From positions 23,837 through 87,836 of the forward strand of contig JAKUNK010000010.1 in assembly GCA_022451945.1 (NCBI GenBank): a stretch of DNA of 64,000 bases, read 5' to 3'. Shown piece after piece: positions 27,303 to 37,525 of this stretch; position 1 is the stretch's first letter, and each line of letters starts with the position of its first letter. The position numbers were made by a program, and so were the translations under genes. This stretch comes from Dehalococcoidia bacterium (lineage in GTDB: Bacteria > Chloroflexota > Dehalococcoidia > Lucifugimonadales > UBA3495). The notes beneath the pieces were generated by a model. The model did not search any database. It saw only the letters and a program-made list of their open reading frames with translations, and was not told the origin of the DNA.

Positions 27303-29333
27303 TTAGGCCGACACCCGTTTTCGGTGGTTGGTTACGTAGTCCACCAGCAGGTATTCACCAAGGTTGTCGGCGCTACTGTAGAAGGCGCGGCCGCTGTTGA
27401 TACGGGTCATGCGCTCCACAAAGTTGACCAACTGGTAGTTGTTCTCCAGCATGAAGGTGTTGATCAAGATGTCTTCCTGGGTACAACGGCGCACCTCTTT
27501 AAGGGTCTCCAGTTCGGTACGGTGGCTGGGCGGATAGGCGAAGAACGCCCGGTCGCCTTCCAGGTGGGCGGTGGGCTCGCCGTCGGTTACCACCAGTATC
27601 TGTCGAGTACCGCCCTTTTCCTTGGAAAGCAGCTTTCTGGAGAGTATCAAGGCATGATGCAGGTTGGTGCCGGACACCCAGGAGTTCCAGCTGCATTTGG
27701 CCAGGTCCTCTTCTTTGATCTCACGCGCATAGTCCGAAAATCCTACGATATGGAGGCTGTCTCTCGGGTATTGGCTTCGCATAAGTGCCATCAGAGCCAG
27801 AGTGACCTTCTTGGCCGCCTGCCAGTTGTTAAATAGGCCCATAGATCGGCTTTGGTCTAACAACAGAACGGTTGAGGACCGGGTCATGTGCTCGTTCCGG
27901 TAAACTTCAAAGTCCTCCGGTCTAAGACGAACCGGCACTTGAGGGCCGCCTCGGAGCACGGCGTTCTTGACTGTAGCTTGCAGATCGACCTGGAACGGAT
28001 CGCCGAATTCGTAAATCTTAGTTTCACCAAGAAGGTCGCCATTAGCGCCACGGGCGTCCATCTGATGGTTACCCATGCGGTCTTTCTTCAGGTGGGTAAA
28101 GACCTCTTTCAGGGCTTTCTGGCCGATACGGCGGATGCCCCGGGCAGTTAGGTCCATCTTTTCGTTGTCAGTCACATAGCCCGATTCTTGAAGCATCTTC
28201 CGCAATCGGTCCAATTCGTCGTAGATGCGGCGGGCATCGTCACCCAAGAGTTCGGCTAGTTTGTCGGGGTCGATGTTTTCCATGTTCCCGGTACGCATGG
28301 CTTCTTGGAGGGATTGTTCTAGTTGGTCCAACTCCTGAAGGTCTCGCATCATCTCCTTCGCCTGTTCCATGGTCAGGCTATCCTCGCCAAGAAACGGGTA
28401 CTGACGGCGCAGGTCGTCCATCGGCATCAGCTGTTCCATCAACGATGCAAACTGAGCCATTGCCTGCTGGGTCTCTGGGTCGAAGGCTTGGGATAAGGCG
28501 TCTTCCATCTCGCGGCGGGCTTCCGGAGACATACTGTCCAGCATGGACTGAGATTGAGCCAACTGCTCTTGTAATTGCTGCATCAGCTCTTCAAAACTCT
28601 GAGGCGGATTGTCACCGAACATACCGCCGAATTGCTGCATGAATTTGTCGAAGTCCGGTTCACTACCGGACAACTTGTCTTTGATCATCTGGTTAAGCTG
28701 ATCCATCATGTCTCGGGTAGCAGCCATGTCTTCAGGCGACATGCTCTTGATCTGGTCCATCATCTGCTGGCCCGTGTTCTGAGCCATCTGGCTCTTCAGC
28801 GAGTCTAAGAGCTCTTGGAACTTCTGCTGAGCTTCTGGGTCTATGAAGTCGTATTCCAAAAGCTCTTGAATCTGACCTCCGAGGCCTTCGGGGAGGTTGT
28901 CCAGCTTCTCCTGGTTGTTATCTGCGCGCTTCTTCAGCAGGTCGAGCAAACTCTGCTGTTGATCCTTGTCTTCACCATCGTCGGCGTCAACTTGGCCTTG
29001 GGCTTCGTCCAGCCGGCGTTTGATGCCTTCTCGTTCGGTTTTAACGACCTCTTCCAAGCGTTCTTTGAGGTCATCTACCACCGAGTCCATGTTGTGTTGC
29101 TGGAGTTGCTGGCGGCGCTTGTTCTTTAGTTGTTCCATCAATTCGCGCAGGCCAGGCATCTGCTGCCCATCGCGATTCTGGGGTCCCTGGCGCATCATGT
29201 CCCGCAGGGCCTGCATAACGTCGCCGTGGTTGAGGATATCTTCGGAGAGGAGGTCCATTAACTGGTCGGCGTCGAGTTCAAAAATCTGCTGGCTGCCGTC
29301 CCATTGGGAGTACCTACGTGTACGGTAGAGCAT
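27303..29333 (-). CDS. VWA domain-containing protein with long coiled-coil N-terminus
   Basis: RYSQWDGSQ N-terminus, Q/E/M-rich helical region, MIDAS DQSRSM, TNLHHAL, VTDGEPTAH. Confidence 0.9.
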   Translation of the reverse strand: MLYRTRRYSQWDGSQQIFELDADQLMDLLSEDILNHGDVMQALRDMMRQGPQNRDGQQMPGLRELMEQLKNKRRQQLQQHNMDSVVDDLKERLEEVVKTEREGIKRRLDEAQGQVDADDGEDKDQQQSLLDLLKKRADNNQEKLDNLPEGLGGQIQELLEYDFIDPEAQQKFQELLDSLKSQMAQNTGQQMMDQIKSMSPEDMAATRDMMDQLNQMIKDKLSGSEPDFDKFMQQFGGMFGDNPPQSFEELMQQLQEQLAQSQSMLDSMSPEARREMEDALSQAFDPETQQAMAQFASLMEQLMPMDDLRRQYPFLGEDSLTMEQAKEMMRDLQELDQLEQSLQEAMRTGNMENIDPDKLAELLGDDARRIYDELDRLRKMLQESGYVTDNEKMDLTARGIRRIGQKALKEVFTHLKKDRMGNHQMDARGANGDLLGETKIYEFGDPFQVDLQATVKNAVLRGGPQVPVRLRPEDFEVYRNEHMTRSSTVLLLDQSRSMGLFNNWQAAKKVTLALMALMRSQYPRDSLHIVGFSDYAREIKEEDLAKCSWNSWVSGTNLHHALILSRKLLSKEKGGTRQILVVTDGEPTAHLEGDRAFFAYPPSHRTELETLKEVRRCTQEDILINTFMLENNYQLVNFVERMTRINSGRAFYSSADNLGEYLLVDYVTNHRKRVSA

Positions 29334-29415
29334 CGCGCCTTCCTAAATTGAGGACGGGTGAATCTGGGCCATCATACCCGGGGTTTTCCGGCAATAGCAA
29401 GGACGAAAGACCGGT

Positions 29416-29937
29416 CTAGATAACGTTTGCGCCGAGGATGTCTCTGAGATGAGATAGCGCCCAATCGTGGGCGTCGGATTTAAAGCTAGCCACACAATCA
29501 GCGGGCACTTCAACAGAGTAGTCGCGGTTGCGGGCATCTGATGCAGTATGGAGAACACAGATGTCAGTGCAAACTCCGCAGATGATGACCTTGTCCGGAT
29601 TCGCTGCGGACAGTCTGGCTTCCAAAGGCGTGTTGAAAAACCCGCTGTAGCGGTTCTTGGGAATTACATTGTCCTCAGTCACAAACCCTGAAAGTTCCGA
29701 AATGACGTGGGGCTCTTCTGTCCCTTTCACACAGTGAACCGGAAATATCTGGAACTCCAGGTCTCCTGGGTCGTGGTGGTCCGATATGAAAAGTATCTTG
29801 GAGCCCTCCGCTTGCTGTCTGAGCAATAAAGCATGGACATTGGGGATTATCTGCCTCGACTCATCTCCGCAATAAAGATTGTGGCCCGGCTCTAAGAACC
29901 CTTTAACCATGTCGATAACCAAAACTACATTTGCCAT
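29416..29937 (-). CDS. Isochorismatase/nicotinamidase-family cysteine hydrolase
   Basis: VIDMVKGF, D.H, FPVHCV.GT, KNRYSGF, GVCTDICV; GGAG RBS. Confidence 0.9.
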   Translation of the reverse strand: MANVVLVIDMVKGFLEPGHNLYCGDESRQIIPNVHALLLRQQAEGSKILFISDHHDPGDLEFQIFPVHCVKGTEEPHVISELSGFVTEDNVIPKNRYSGFFNTPLEARLSAANPDKVIICGVCTDICVLHTASDARNRDYSVEVPADCVASFKSDAHDWALSHLRDILGANVI

Positions 29938-30085
29938 GTGCAATCTCCGTTGCTAAGGTTGCCGTTGAGGAGGAGGGACAGTTGTCATTTCACCGGAGTC
30001 GTTAGCAGGTATCTCCGGTAAAATAGGAATACGTCCGTTACCAGGTCTCCGGCCACCACCTTTCCACTGGAGCGGTGTCGGAATC

Positions 30086-30955
30086 CTAAGCGTGTATGGC
30101 GAATTGGGCGTCCTCGGCCAGCATGCTGGAGAGACCCATAGCTTCGAAGCAGTCTTGCAAACTAACCATGCTATCCATCAGATGGGCGGTGGTGCCCTTT
30201 TCCTTCAATTGGGCCATCACTTGCTCCACAACATGGGTTACCGACAGTAGGGCACTGGCAGGATAAATAACTATCTTGAATCCGAGCCTCTCCAATTCAG
30301 TAGCCGATAGCAATGGTGATTTCCCCGACTCAACGAAATTGAACAGCAGCGGAATGTCGAGGTTTTTGCCGGCCCGCTCAACCTCTTCCGGGGTGCGTAG
30401 CGCTTCGACGAACAGCGCGTCGGCACCAGCTTTTACGTACTCATCGCAGCGGTGCATGGCATCGTCCCATCCGGTGACTGCGATGGAATCAGTACGCACT
30501 ATAATGGTGAAATCATCGTCGGTGCGGGCGTCCACAGCTGCCCGTATCTTCTGGACCATGTCTTCTGTGGAGACGACTTTCTTATCGTCCAGGTGGCCAC
30601 AGCGTTTCGGCATCTCCTGGTCTTCTATATGGATGGCCGCCACACCGGCCCGTTCGTACTGTCTGACCGTCCGACGCACGTTCAACACTCCACCGTAACC
30701 AGTGTCAGCATCGGCGATGAGTGGCACCTCCAAGATGTCGGCCAACGCAGCAGCGTTCGCAACCATCTCAGTCATGCTCGCCAGGCCCAGGTCAGGGCGA
30801 CCGAGTTGGGCCACTGACGTTCCTGCTCCAGTCATGTAAACGGCTGGAAAGCCGGCCTTTTCGATCAGCTTTGCCGTAAGGCAGTCATAAGCTCCAGGGG
30901 CTTGAATGATTCCTGGATCGTTGAGCAATTTCCGGAACTTGGTGGTGATGCGCAT
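30086..30955 (-). CDS. Isocitrate lyase/PEP mutase superfamily lyase (PrpB/dimethylmalate lyase-like)
   Basis: PGAYD, DADTGYG, IEDQ..PKRCGH, RTD. Confidence 0.9.
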   Translation of the reverse strand: MRITTKFRKLLNDPGIIQAPGAYDCLTAKLIEKAGFPAVYMTGAGTSVAQLGRPDLGLASMTEMVANAAALADILEVPLIADADTGYGGVLNVRRTVRQYERAGVAAIHIEDQEMPKRCGHLDDKKVVSTEDMVQKIRAAVDARTDDDFTIIVRTDSIAVTGWDDAMHRCDEYVKAGADALFVEALRTPEEVERAGKNLDIPLLFNFVESGKSPLLSATELERLGFKIVIYPASALLSVTHVVEQVMAQLKEKGTTAHLMDSMVSLQDCFEAMGLSSMLAEDAQFAIHA

Positions 30956-31064
30956 GCGGGCCTCCGATAATGGTGCGGGTATAGAATCGTAGAACGTGGC
31001 GACATTATACAGGGCGGTATTCCAGGGTTCAGATCAGGGAAGGGACAAGACCAGGGGACGGAAA

Positions 31065-31817
31065 TCAGGCGATCATCCCGCCATCGATTGTAAGCACTTG
31101 GCCGGTGATATAGCTCGCCCCGTCACCGGCCAAGAAAATCACAGCCTCGGCTACGTCCTCGGGTGTCCCGAAGCGGCCCATGGGAATGGTGGATAGTATC
31201 TTGTCCTGGGTCTCCTCACTCAGTTCGTCGACCATGGCCGTCGTGATGTAGCCTGGAGCCAGTGCATTAACCGTCACGTTGCGGGAGGCAACTTCTCTGG
31301 CGACCGCCTTAGTCAGACCGACTAATCCGGCCTTGGCGGCAGCGTAATTGGCCTGGCCTGGGTTGCCTGAGAGACCCACCACCGACGACATGTTAATCAC
31401 ACGGCCGGAGCGTTGCCGAATCATATGGGTCATAGCGTATCGGGTGCAAAGGAAAGCACCGCGGAGGTTCACGTTCATCACACTGTCGAAGTCTTCTGGC
31501 TTCATCCTGATCAACAGTTGGTCCTTGTTGATGCCAGCGTTGTTGACCAGGATGTCGATGCGGCCATAGTGGTCTACCAAGTCCTTAATCACTTTTTCAG
31601 CGGGTTCTTCCAGAGATACGTCTCCGCCAACTAGAATGGCCTCTCCTCCGGCCTTATTAATGGAGTCGACAACAATCTCGGCGGCATCTGAGCTGGCGTG
31701 GAAATTAACGCCGACCCTGGCCCCAGCCTGGGCCAGACGATGGGCGACAACGGCGCCAATCCCCCGGGAGGCTCCGGTAACCAGTGCGACTTTACCGTCC
31801 AGTTGGATACCGCCCAT
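31065..31817 (-). CDS. fabG: 3-oxoacyl-ACP reductase
   Basis: TGASRGIG, NNAGI.KD.LL.RM, GNPGQANYAAAKAG; downstream of plsX. Confidence 0.92.
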   Translation of the reverse strand: MGGIQLDGKVALVTGASRGIGAVVAHRLAQAGARVGVNFHASSDAAEIVVDSINKAGGEAILVGGDVSLEEPAEKVIKDLVDHYGRIDILVNNAGINKDQLLIRMKPEDFDSVMNVNLRGAFLCTRYAMTHMIRQRSGRVINMSSVVGLSGNPGQANYAAAKAGLVGLTKAVAREVASRNVTVNALAPGYITTAMVDELSEETQDKILSTIPMGRFGTPEDVAEAVIFLAGDGASYITGQVLTIDGGMIA

Positions 31818-31826
31818 ATAGCTAAT

Positions 31827-32882
31827 CTACCTGCTCGCGCCGCTACCGGCGGCTTTGGCCGCAGCCTCTTTATTAACACTAGCCAGGTCTTCCGACATGA
31901 TCTCGATCATTCCCAGGTCAACGTAGCGGATGGCAGTGCTCACTGCAGCCGTAATCTCGTCGGCCTTACTGGAACCGTGGCCCACGATCACTGGGCCTTT
32001 CACGCCGAACAGCGGGCCGCCGTTGGAGCGTGTGCGATTGGTCAATTGAACCATCTCGGCGGCGAATTTTGATACGGTTGTCTCGTCTAGGGCGGTACCT
32101 AAGCTTCTCTGGGCATAGGCGGCAAACGCCTGGCCAAGACCCTCGGTGAACTTGATCAGGATGTTTCCGACAAAGCCGTCGGCTATGATTACTTCAGCCT
32201 TCTCGGTGAAGAAGTCCATGCCTTCTACGTTACCCACAAAGTTCATTCCGCTGTCTTGGAAGACTTGGTAAGCCTCCTGTACCTGTTTATTGCCCTTGGT
32301 CGATTCTGAGCCTACGCTCAGCAGGGCAACTCTAGGGTTTTCTATGCCCATGTAAGTGCGGGCCCAAGAAACGCCCAGGGACGCGAAGTTAAGCAGGAGG
32401 GCCGGACGGCAATCTATATTGGCGCCGATGTCCATCAAAACCGTATTGGGGGCCAAGCCGAGAAAAGGGCCACCGATACAAGGCCGGTCGAGGCCCGGCA
32501 TCAAGCCGAGGTTCAATACCGCGCTGACCATCGACCCGCCAGTGGAGCCCATGGAGACCATGACATCGGCATCGCCGCTCTTGACCAACTTGGTCGCGAC
32601 CACCACCGAGGAGTTGGGCTTGGTACGCATAGCTTGCAGAGGGTGTTCGTCATCGCCGACCTTACCTTGGGAGGGGACCACACTGATGGAGATGCCGGTC
32701 GTGTCATGTTTGGCTAGTTCGTCTTCAACCGGGCCTTGGTCTCCAACAAGAATTATCTCGACACTATCAGCTTTAGCTGCGGTCAGAGCCCCTCTTACCG
32801 TCTCAATCGGTCCATGGTCTCCGCCCATGGCGTCCATAGCTACTCTAACTGGCGCCGATCGGATATCCCTAGTGTTCTGCAT
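31827..32882 (-). CDS. plsX: Phosphate acyltransferase PlsX
   Basis: VAMDAMGGDHGP, D.GAN.D, KGN, FVGNVEG, DGFVGN, GHGSS. Confidence 0.93.
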   Translation of the reverse strand: MQNTRDIRSAPVRVAMDAMGGDHGPIETVRGALTAAKADSVEIILVGDQGPVEDELAKHDTTGISISVVPSQGKVGDDEHPLQAMRTKPNSSVVVATKLVKSGDADVMVSMGSTGGSMVSAVLNLGLMPGLDRPCIGGPFLGLAPNTVLMDIGANIDCRPALLLNFASLGVSWARTYMGIENPRVALLSVGSESTKGNKQVQEAYQVFQDSGMNFVGNVEGMDFFTEKAEVIIADGFVGNILIKFTEGLGQAFAAYAQRSLGTALDETTVSKFAAEMVQLTNRTRSNGGPLFGVKGPVIVGHGSSKADEITAAVSTAIRYVDLGMIEIMSEDLASVNKEAAAKAAGSGASR

Positions 32883-32945
32883 TATGTTCCTTCCTCGTCT
32901 TACCAGTGCCTTAGGCAGTGCACTGGTAGGATCGCTAAAAGGTTA

Positions 32946-33764
32946 TTACTCCTGAATTATCGTGAGACCGGCAAATCCGGTTATCAGTTCTTGCCCAGTG
33001 TCGCTCTGCCTAACACCCACAGCGTAGGTCAGAGATGAGTCTTGTTTTTTGGCTAGATCCCCCCAAGTCTCCACCTGGTCGCCGAGGTAAGCGGCACCCT
33101 TGAATCTGGCCCGAAGACTGCCGGTCTGGAGCCAGTCTTGTCCATGAGTTGCTGTCATCATTTCCGATACGAATGCTAGAGTCAACATGCCATGGGCGAT
33201 TATTCCGCCGAATGGAGTCGTGGCAGCAAACTCTGAGTCTAAGTGCAGCGGGTTGTCATCCCCAGATATTTTGGCGTAAGCGTTCAGGCGTTCTTGGTTG
33301 ATACTTCTTGAGATAACCCCCAGGCCACTTTCCGCCCATCCAGTATCCTGGTTTCTTTCTTCTTTTTTAGGCGGTGCCTCTGGCGAGTTCTCGCCGGGTA
33401 CGAGAACAGTACTTCTAGACTTGAGAACTACTGCCCCAGCAGACTCCACGGTGCAAACAACAGTCAAAAACTCGAGCCCAGCGCGGCGGCGAGGTTTCTC
33501 TACCAGTGCCTTAACGCTAACCTGACTGTTGATAGCGACGGGGGTCACGGTCTCGACTTCCTGGAGGCTGTGGATAGCACCTGGTGGTAGTGCCAATTCC
33601 TTGAGCAAAGCACCTAAGGCAGAGGCGGCTGAGAATAATGGGGGCGCGATGCCGGTCTCTTGATAGATTGGGAGAGCATCGCCGACCGAGCGCAGGTATT
33701 CGTCGACCGAGTCCTGAGTCGCATATATGGAGCCCAAGTCCAGATTTTGTTCAGACTCAACCAA
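32946..33764 (-). CDS. Double hotdog MaoC-family dehydratase
   Basis: C-terminal hydratase-2 motif YAKISGDDNPLH...IAHGML; N-terminal non-catalytic hotdog (APP, AIH..Q). Confidence 0.85.
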   Translation of the reverse strand: MVESEQNLDLGSIYATQDSVDEYLRSVGDALPIYQETGIAPPLFSAASALGALLKELALPPGAIHSLQEVETVTPVAINSQVSVKALVEKPRRRAGLEFLTVVCTVESAGAVVLKSRSTVLVPGENSPEAPPKKEERNQDTGWAESGLGVISRSINQERLNAYAKISGDDNPLHLDSEFAATTPFGGIIAHGMLTLAFVSEMMTATHGQDWLQTGSLRARFKGAAYLGDQVETWGDLAKKQDSSLTYAVGVRQSDTGQELITGFAGLTIIQE

Positions 33765-33892
33765 CTATGCCAGCCATCCTCTCTACGCCGTTGCCTTGCG
33801 GCAGGCCCGATTATACGCAGGGCCAATGTGACCAGCAAGATTATGTACACCCAGCTTAACCAGCTTTGCGGCTATAAGCGGGGATTATTGAG

Positions 33893-35110
33893 TTAAGCGG
33901 CGTCTCCGAAGTTTTCTAACGCCAACCCCGCTATGTGTTCACCGATAGCGAGCGAGGACGTTGCCCCCGGAGACGGGGCGTTCAGCACGTGGATGGCGTT
34001 CCGCCCCTGGATGATGCTGAAGTCGTCCAACAACGAGCCGTCTCGGGCCACCGCTTGAGCCCGGACCCCAGAGCCACCGCTGTCCAGGTCAGAGTTTTGA
34101 ATCTCGGGTATCAAACGCTGAAGGTCATGCAAGAAAACCCGTCTGTTGTAGGAGCGGTAAATCTCACCCATGCCAATCTTCCAATACTTGAGGGCCATCT
34201 TCCAGAAGCCGGGATAACCCAGATTGCCTAGGCTATCGCCGAGGCTGAAGTCCCGCTTCCTGTATCCCTCCCGGCGCAGCGCCATCACCGCGTTGGGGCC
34301 GGCCTCGACATGCCCTTTGATGTTACGGGTAAAGTGGACGCCCAGGAAGGGGAACTGGGGGTCAGGCACCGGGTAGATCAACCCGGACACCAGATAGTGG
34401 CTCTCCGGCCTGAGTGTGTAGTACTCGCCCCGGAACGGAATGATACGTACGCTGACCTTTTCCTCGGTCATGGATGCCACTTTGTCGGCGTACAGCCCAC
34501 CGCAGTTGATGAGGTGTTTAGCTTGGAGTGTGCCCTTGGTAGTCTCCAATGTTACCGAGCCGGAGAAGCTTTTGATGTTCTTTACCTCGGCCCCCGTGAA
34601 GATATCTCCACCCGCCTGTTGAAACCTGTCAGCGAATGCGGCGGCCACTTTGGTGAAGTCGACTATCCCCGTATGTGGCGCCCACAGGGCTTTTATCCCG
34701 GCGGTGTGGGGCTCGATCTCTTTCAGTCTTTCCGGGCCGACCATCTCCAAGTCAGGGACACCGTTGGCCGTTCCCCTTTCGTAAAGGTCCTGCAAGCGGC
34801 CTAGTTCCGATTCCTCTAAGGCTACAATGACCTTGCCGCACTGCTGGTATTCGATCTCGTTCTCTTCGCAGAACTTCACCATGTTGTTTAGGCCGGCTAC
34901 GCAGAATCGAGCCTTGTGGGAGCCTGGGCGGTAGTAGATGCCAGAGTGCATCACCCCACTGTTGTGCCCGGTCTGGTGGGTCGCTAGTCCGTCTTCTTTC
35001 TCAACGACCGCCACCCGCCACCCGGAGGCGCGTTCCAACAACTGCATGGCGGTGGACAACCCCAAGATGCCGCCGCCGATAATCGCTACGTCATATTGAC
35101 TCGATTCCAT
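33893..35110 (-). CDS. lhgO: L-2-hydroxyglutarate oxidase
   Basis: GGGILG, HQTGHNSGVMHSGIYY, PFRGEYY, PFLGVHFT, GVRAQA, NAPSPGATSSLAI. Confidence 0.9.
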   Translation of the reverse strand: MESSQYDVAIIGGGILGLSTAMQLLERASGWRVAVVEKEDGLATHQTGHNSGVMHSGIYYRPGSHKARFCVAGLNNMVKFCEENEIEYQQCGKVIVALEESELGRLQDLYERGTANGVPDLEMVGPERLKEIEPHTAGIKALWAPHTGIVDFTKVAAAFADRFQQAGGDIFTGAEVKNIKSFSGSVTLETTKGTLQAKHLINCGGLYADKVASMTEEKVSVRIIPFRGEYYTLRPESHYLVSGLIYPVPDPQFPFLGVHFTRNIKGHVEAGPNAVMALRREGYRKRDFSLGDSLGNLGYPGFWKMALKYWKIGMGEIYRSYNRRVFLHDLQRLIPEIQNSDLDSGGSGVRAQAVARDGSLLDDFSIIQGRNAIHVLNAPSPGATSSLAIGEHIAGLALENFGDAA

Positions 35111-35354
35111 CTGTCGCCTCTGTTTATTCCGTTTGACCGTCTGATCGCAATCAATTGAGACTCAGGGTAGTCTGCAAGGCTGTGCCGGTCAAGGAACGAC
35201 AGAAAGGCTATATTCTTGACCCTTGCCCTCCCATGAAGTAGTTTGGAACGTACTGCTTACCAGACGGGAACTCCTATCTGGTGAACGTGACATTACCCAG
35301 GCTGCTGGTTGCCGTTTGCGCCTGGCCCAATCTCAGCAAGTAATGGAGCTCCTT

Positions 35355-36404
35355 ATGCATTTTGGCGCATTCATGGAATTCGGTAATCGGGACGGGGTCA
35401 ACGAAGCCCAGGCGTTTCAAGAAGGTTTCAGAATGGTCGACGCGGCCGAAGAGATGGGTCTGGACGGCGTGTGGCTGGCCGAACTCCACTTCAACCCTGC
35501 TCGGTCAGTACTCTCATCGCCCATCGTCGTCGCCACATCCATAGCCACCCGCACCAAGCGGCTCCGAATCGGCATGGCGGTGTACGTTCTTCCGTTGAGT
35601 AACCCTCTCCGCATCGCCGAGGAAGTGGCCACCGTCGATCACATCAGCGAAGGGCGTTTCGAGTTTGGCATCGGCCGCAGCGGATTCGCCCGGTCCTACG
35701 ATGTCTTCAGCATCCCCTACATTGAGAGCCAGGAACGGTTCGCCGAATCCCTAAAAATCATCCTTCAAGCCTGGGAAGGGAAGGAGTTCTCCTATCACGG
35801 GAAGCATTACAACGTAGAGAGCGCCATCATATCGCCCGTTCCATACCAAAAACCGCACCCGCCGCTAAGGGTCGCTGCCAACTCCCCTGACACCTTTGTC
35901 AGGCTAGGCGAAGCTGGGCGTCCTATATTTGTCGGCCTGCGGGGAATGGACATTCCCGAGCTCCGGGAGAACGTGGATCGGTACCGTCGCAGTTGGAAGG
36001 AAGCGGGCCACGACGGAGAAGGCGATGTGTCTTTGCGCATACCGGTATACGCCGGTGAGACCATGGAACAGGCCATGGACGAACCCTTCGAGAGCATAAG
36101 CGGTTACTTCGGGCGTATGGGAAACTTATACCGCGAACGGGCCGGGAAGGCTGGACTGGATGCAACCGAGTTGTCCAACGGGCGGGCAGACCAGATAGAA
36201 GCCCTCAGTTATGAAGACATGCTGGAAACCAAAATCGCCTTTGGGACTGCAGAGAGTCTAGTCGACCGGTTCACCCAACTGAAAGAAGAGTTAGGGTTAG
36301 ACGGAGTGGTCGCCGAGTTGAACGCAGGTGGCTTAATACCAGAAGAGCGAGTGCTTCGAAGCCTGCGCATCGTTACTGAGAAGGTCATGCCGGTCTTTAA
36401 GTAG
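35355..36404 (+). CDS. LLM-class flavin-dependent oxidoreductase
   Basis: VWLAELHF, NPLRIAEE, GRFEFGIGRSG, PYQKPHPP; GGAG RBS. Confidence 0.92.
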   Translation: MHFGAFMEFGNRDGVNEAQAFQEGFRMVDAAEEMGLDGVWLAELHFNPARSVLSSPIVVATSIATRTKRLRIGMAVYVLPLSNPLRIAEEVATVDHISEGRFEFGIGRSGFARSYDVFSIPYIESQERFAESLKIILQAWEGKEFSYHGKHYNVESAIISPVPYQKPHPPLRVAANSPDTFVRLGEAGRPIFVGLRGMDIPELRENVDRYRRSWKEAGHDGEGDVSLRIPVYAGETMEQAMDEPFESISGYFGRMGNLYRERAGKAGLDATELSNGRADQIEALSYEDMLETKIAFGTAESLVDRFTQLKEELGLDGVVAELNAGGLIPEERVLRSLRIVTEKVMPVFK

Positions 36405-36431
36405 GACCTTATCCGATAATCATATAGAGAG

Positions 36432-37427
36432 TTGATCGAGTTGAAACTAGCGATATTGGACGATTACCAAGGAACTGCCAAAGACTTGGCCGATTGGTCA
36501 AAGCTACCCGCCGGGGTCGAAGTCGAGTTTTTCCAAGACCACATCGTCGATGAAGACCAGCTTGTAGAAAGACTGGGAGATTTCGACTTGGTGCAGGGCA
36601 TGAGGGAGCGCACTCCGTTCCCACGCTCCGTGCTGTCCAGGCTGCCCAACCTCCGGTTGTTGATTACCACCGGCCGCAGAAACGCGTCTTTCGACATAGA
36701 AGCGGCCAGCGAATTGGGGATTACGGTCTGCGGAACCAACGGCGGAGGTGAAGGCACAACCGAACTAACTTGGGGTCTGATACTAGCAATGTTGCGGCAC
36801 ATCCCAGAGGAGGAGCGGAGATCTCGGGCCGGCAGTTGGGGCACCACTGTCGGAATCGGCGTCAAAGGCAAGACCTTGGGACTGATCGGGTTAGGCCACA
36901 TAGGTTCATTGGTAGCTAGGGTCGCTAAGGCCTTCGACATGAACGTCATCGCTTGGAGTCAGAACATGACCCACGAGCGCGCCAATGAATGCGGGGCTAC
37001 TCTGGTGGACAAGGAAACTTTATTCAGAGACTCTGACATCGTCTCGGTCCATCTGGTACTCAGCGACCGTACTAGGGGCTTGGTAGGCAAATCAGACCTA
37101 GCTTTCATGAAGCCTTCGGCCTACATCGTAAACACTTCCCGGGGGCCGATCATCGACGAAATGGCACTAATCGATGTTCTTGAACGGAAGGCCATCGCCG
37201 GGGCGGCGTTGGACACATTTGTTATTGAGCCATTGCCTAAAGATCATCCGTTTTTCAAGACACCAAACACCTTGATCTCCCCTCACCTTGGCTACGTCAT
37301 TGACGACAGCTACGAGGCTTTCTACGCTGGGGTTATCGAAAATGTACGGGCATTCACCAGCGGGGAACCCGTCCGAACCATCAACGAAGACGTGCTTACT
37401 TCTTCACAGTTCCGGGGCTACACGTAG
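36432..37427 (+). CDS. D-2-hydroxyacid dehydrogenase family protein
   Basis: MRERTPF, GLGHIG, NTSRGP, EPLP, PHLGYV. Confidence 0.92.
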   Translation: MIELKLAILDDYQGTAKDLADWSKLPAGVEVEFFQDHIVDEDQLVERLGDFDLVQGMRERTPFPRSVLSRLPNLRLLITTGRRNASFDIEAASELGITVCGTNGGGEGTTELTWGLILAMLRHIPEEERRSRAGSWGTTVGIGVKGKTLGLIGLGHIGSLVARVAKAFDMNVIAWSQNMTHERANECGATLVDKETLFRDSDIVSVHLVLSDRTRGLVGKSDLAFMKPSAYIVNTSRGPIIDEMALIDVLERKAIAGAALDTFVIEPLPKDHPFFKTPNTLISPHLGYVIDDSYEAFYAGVIENVRAFTSGEPVRTINEDVLTSSQFRGYT

Positions 37428-37525
37428 AGTTCTCCTCTAAGTACAACGTTGAGAAGCAAAGCCCCAACCCTAACACTCCTCCTTGCAGGAGAGAGGGAAT
37501 ATCGCACCATATGGAGGCCCCTCAG

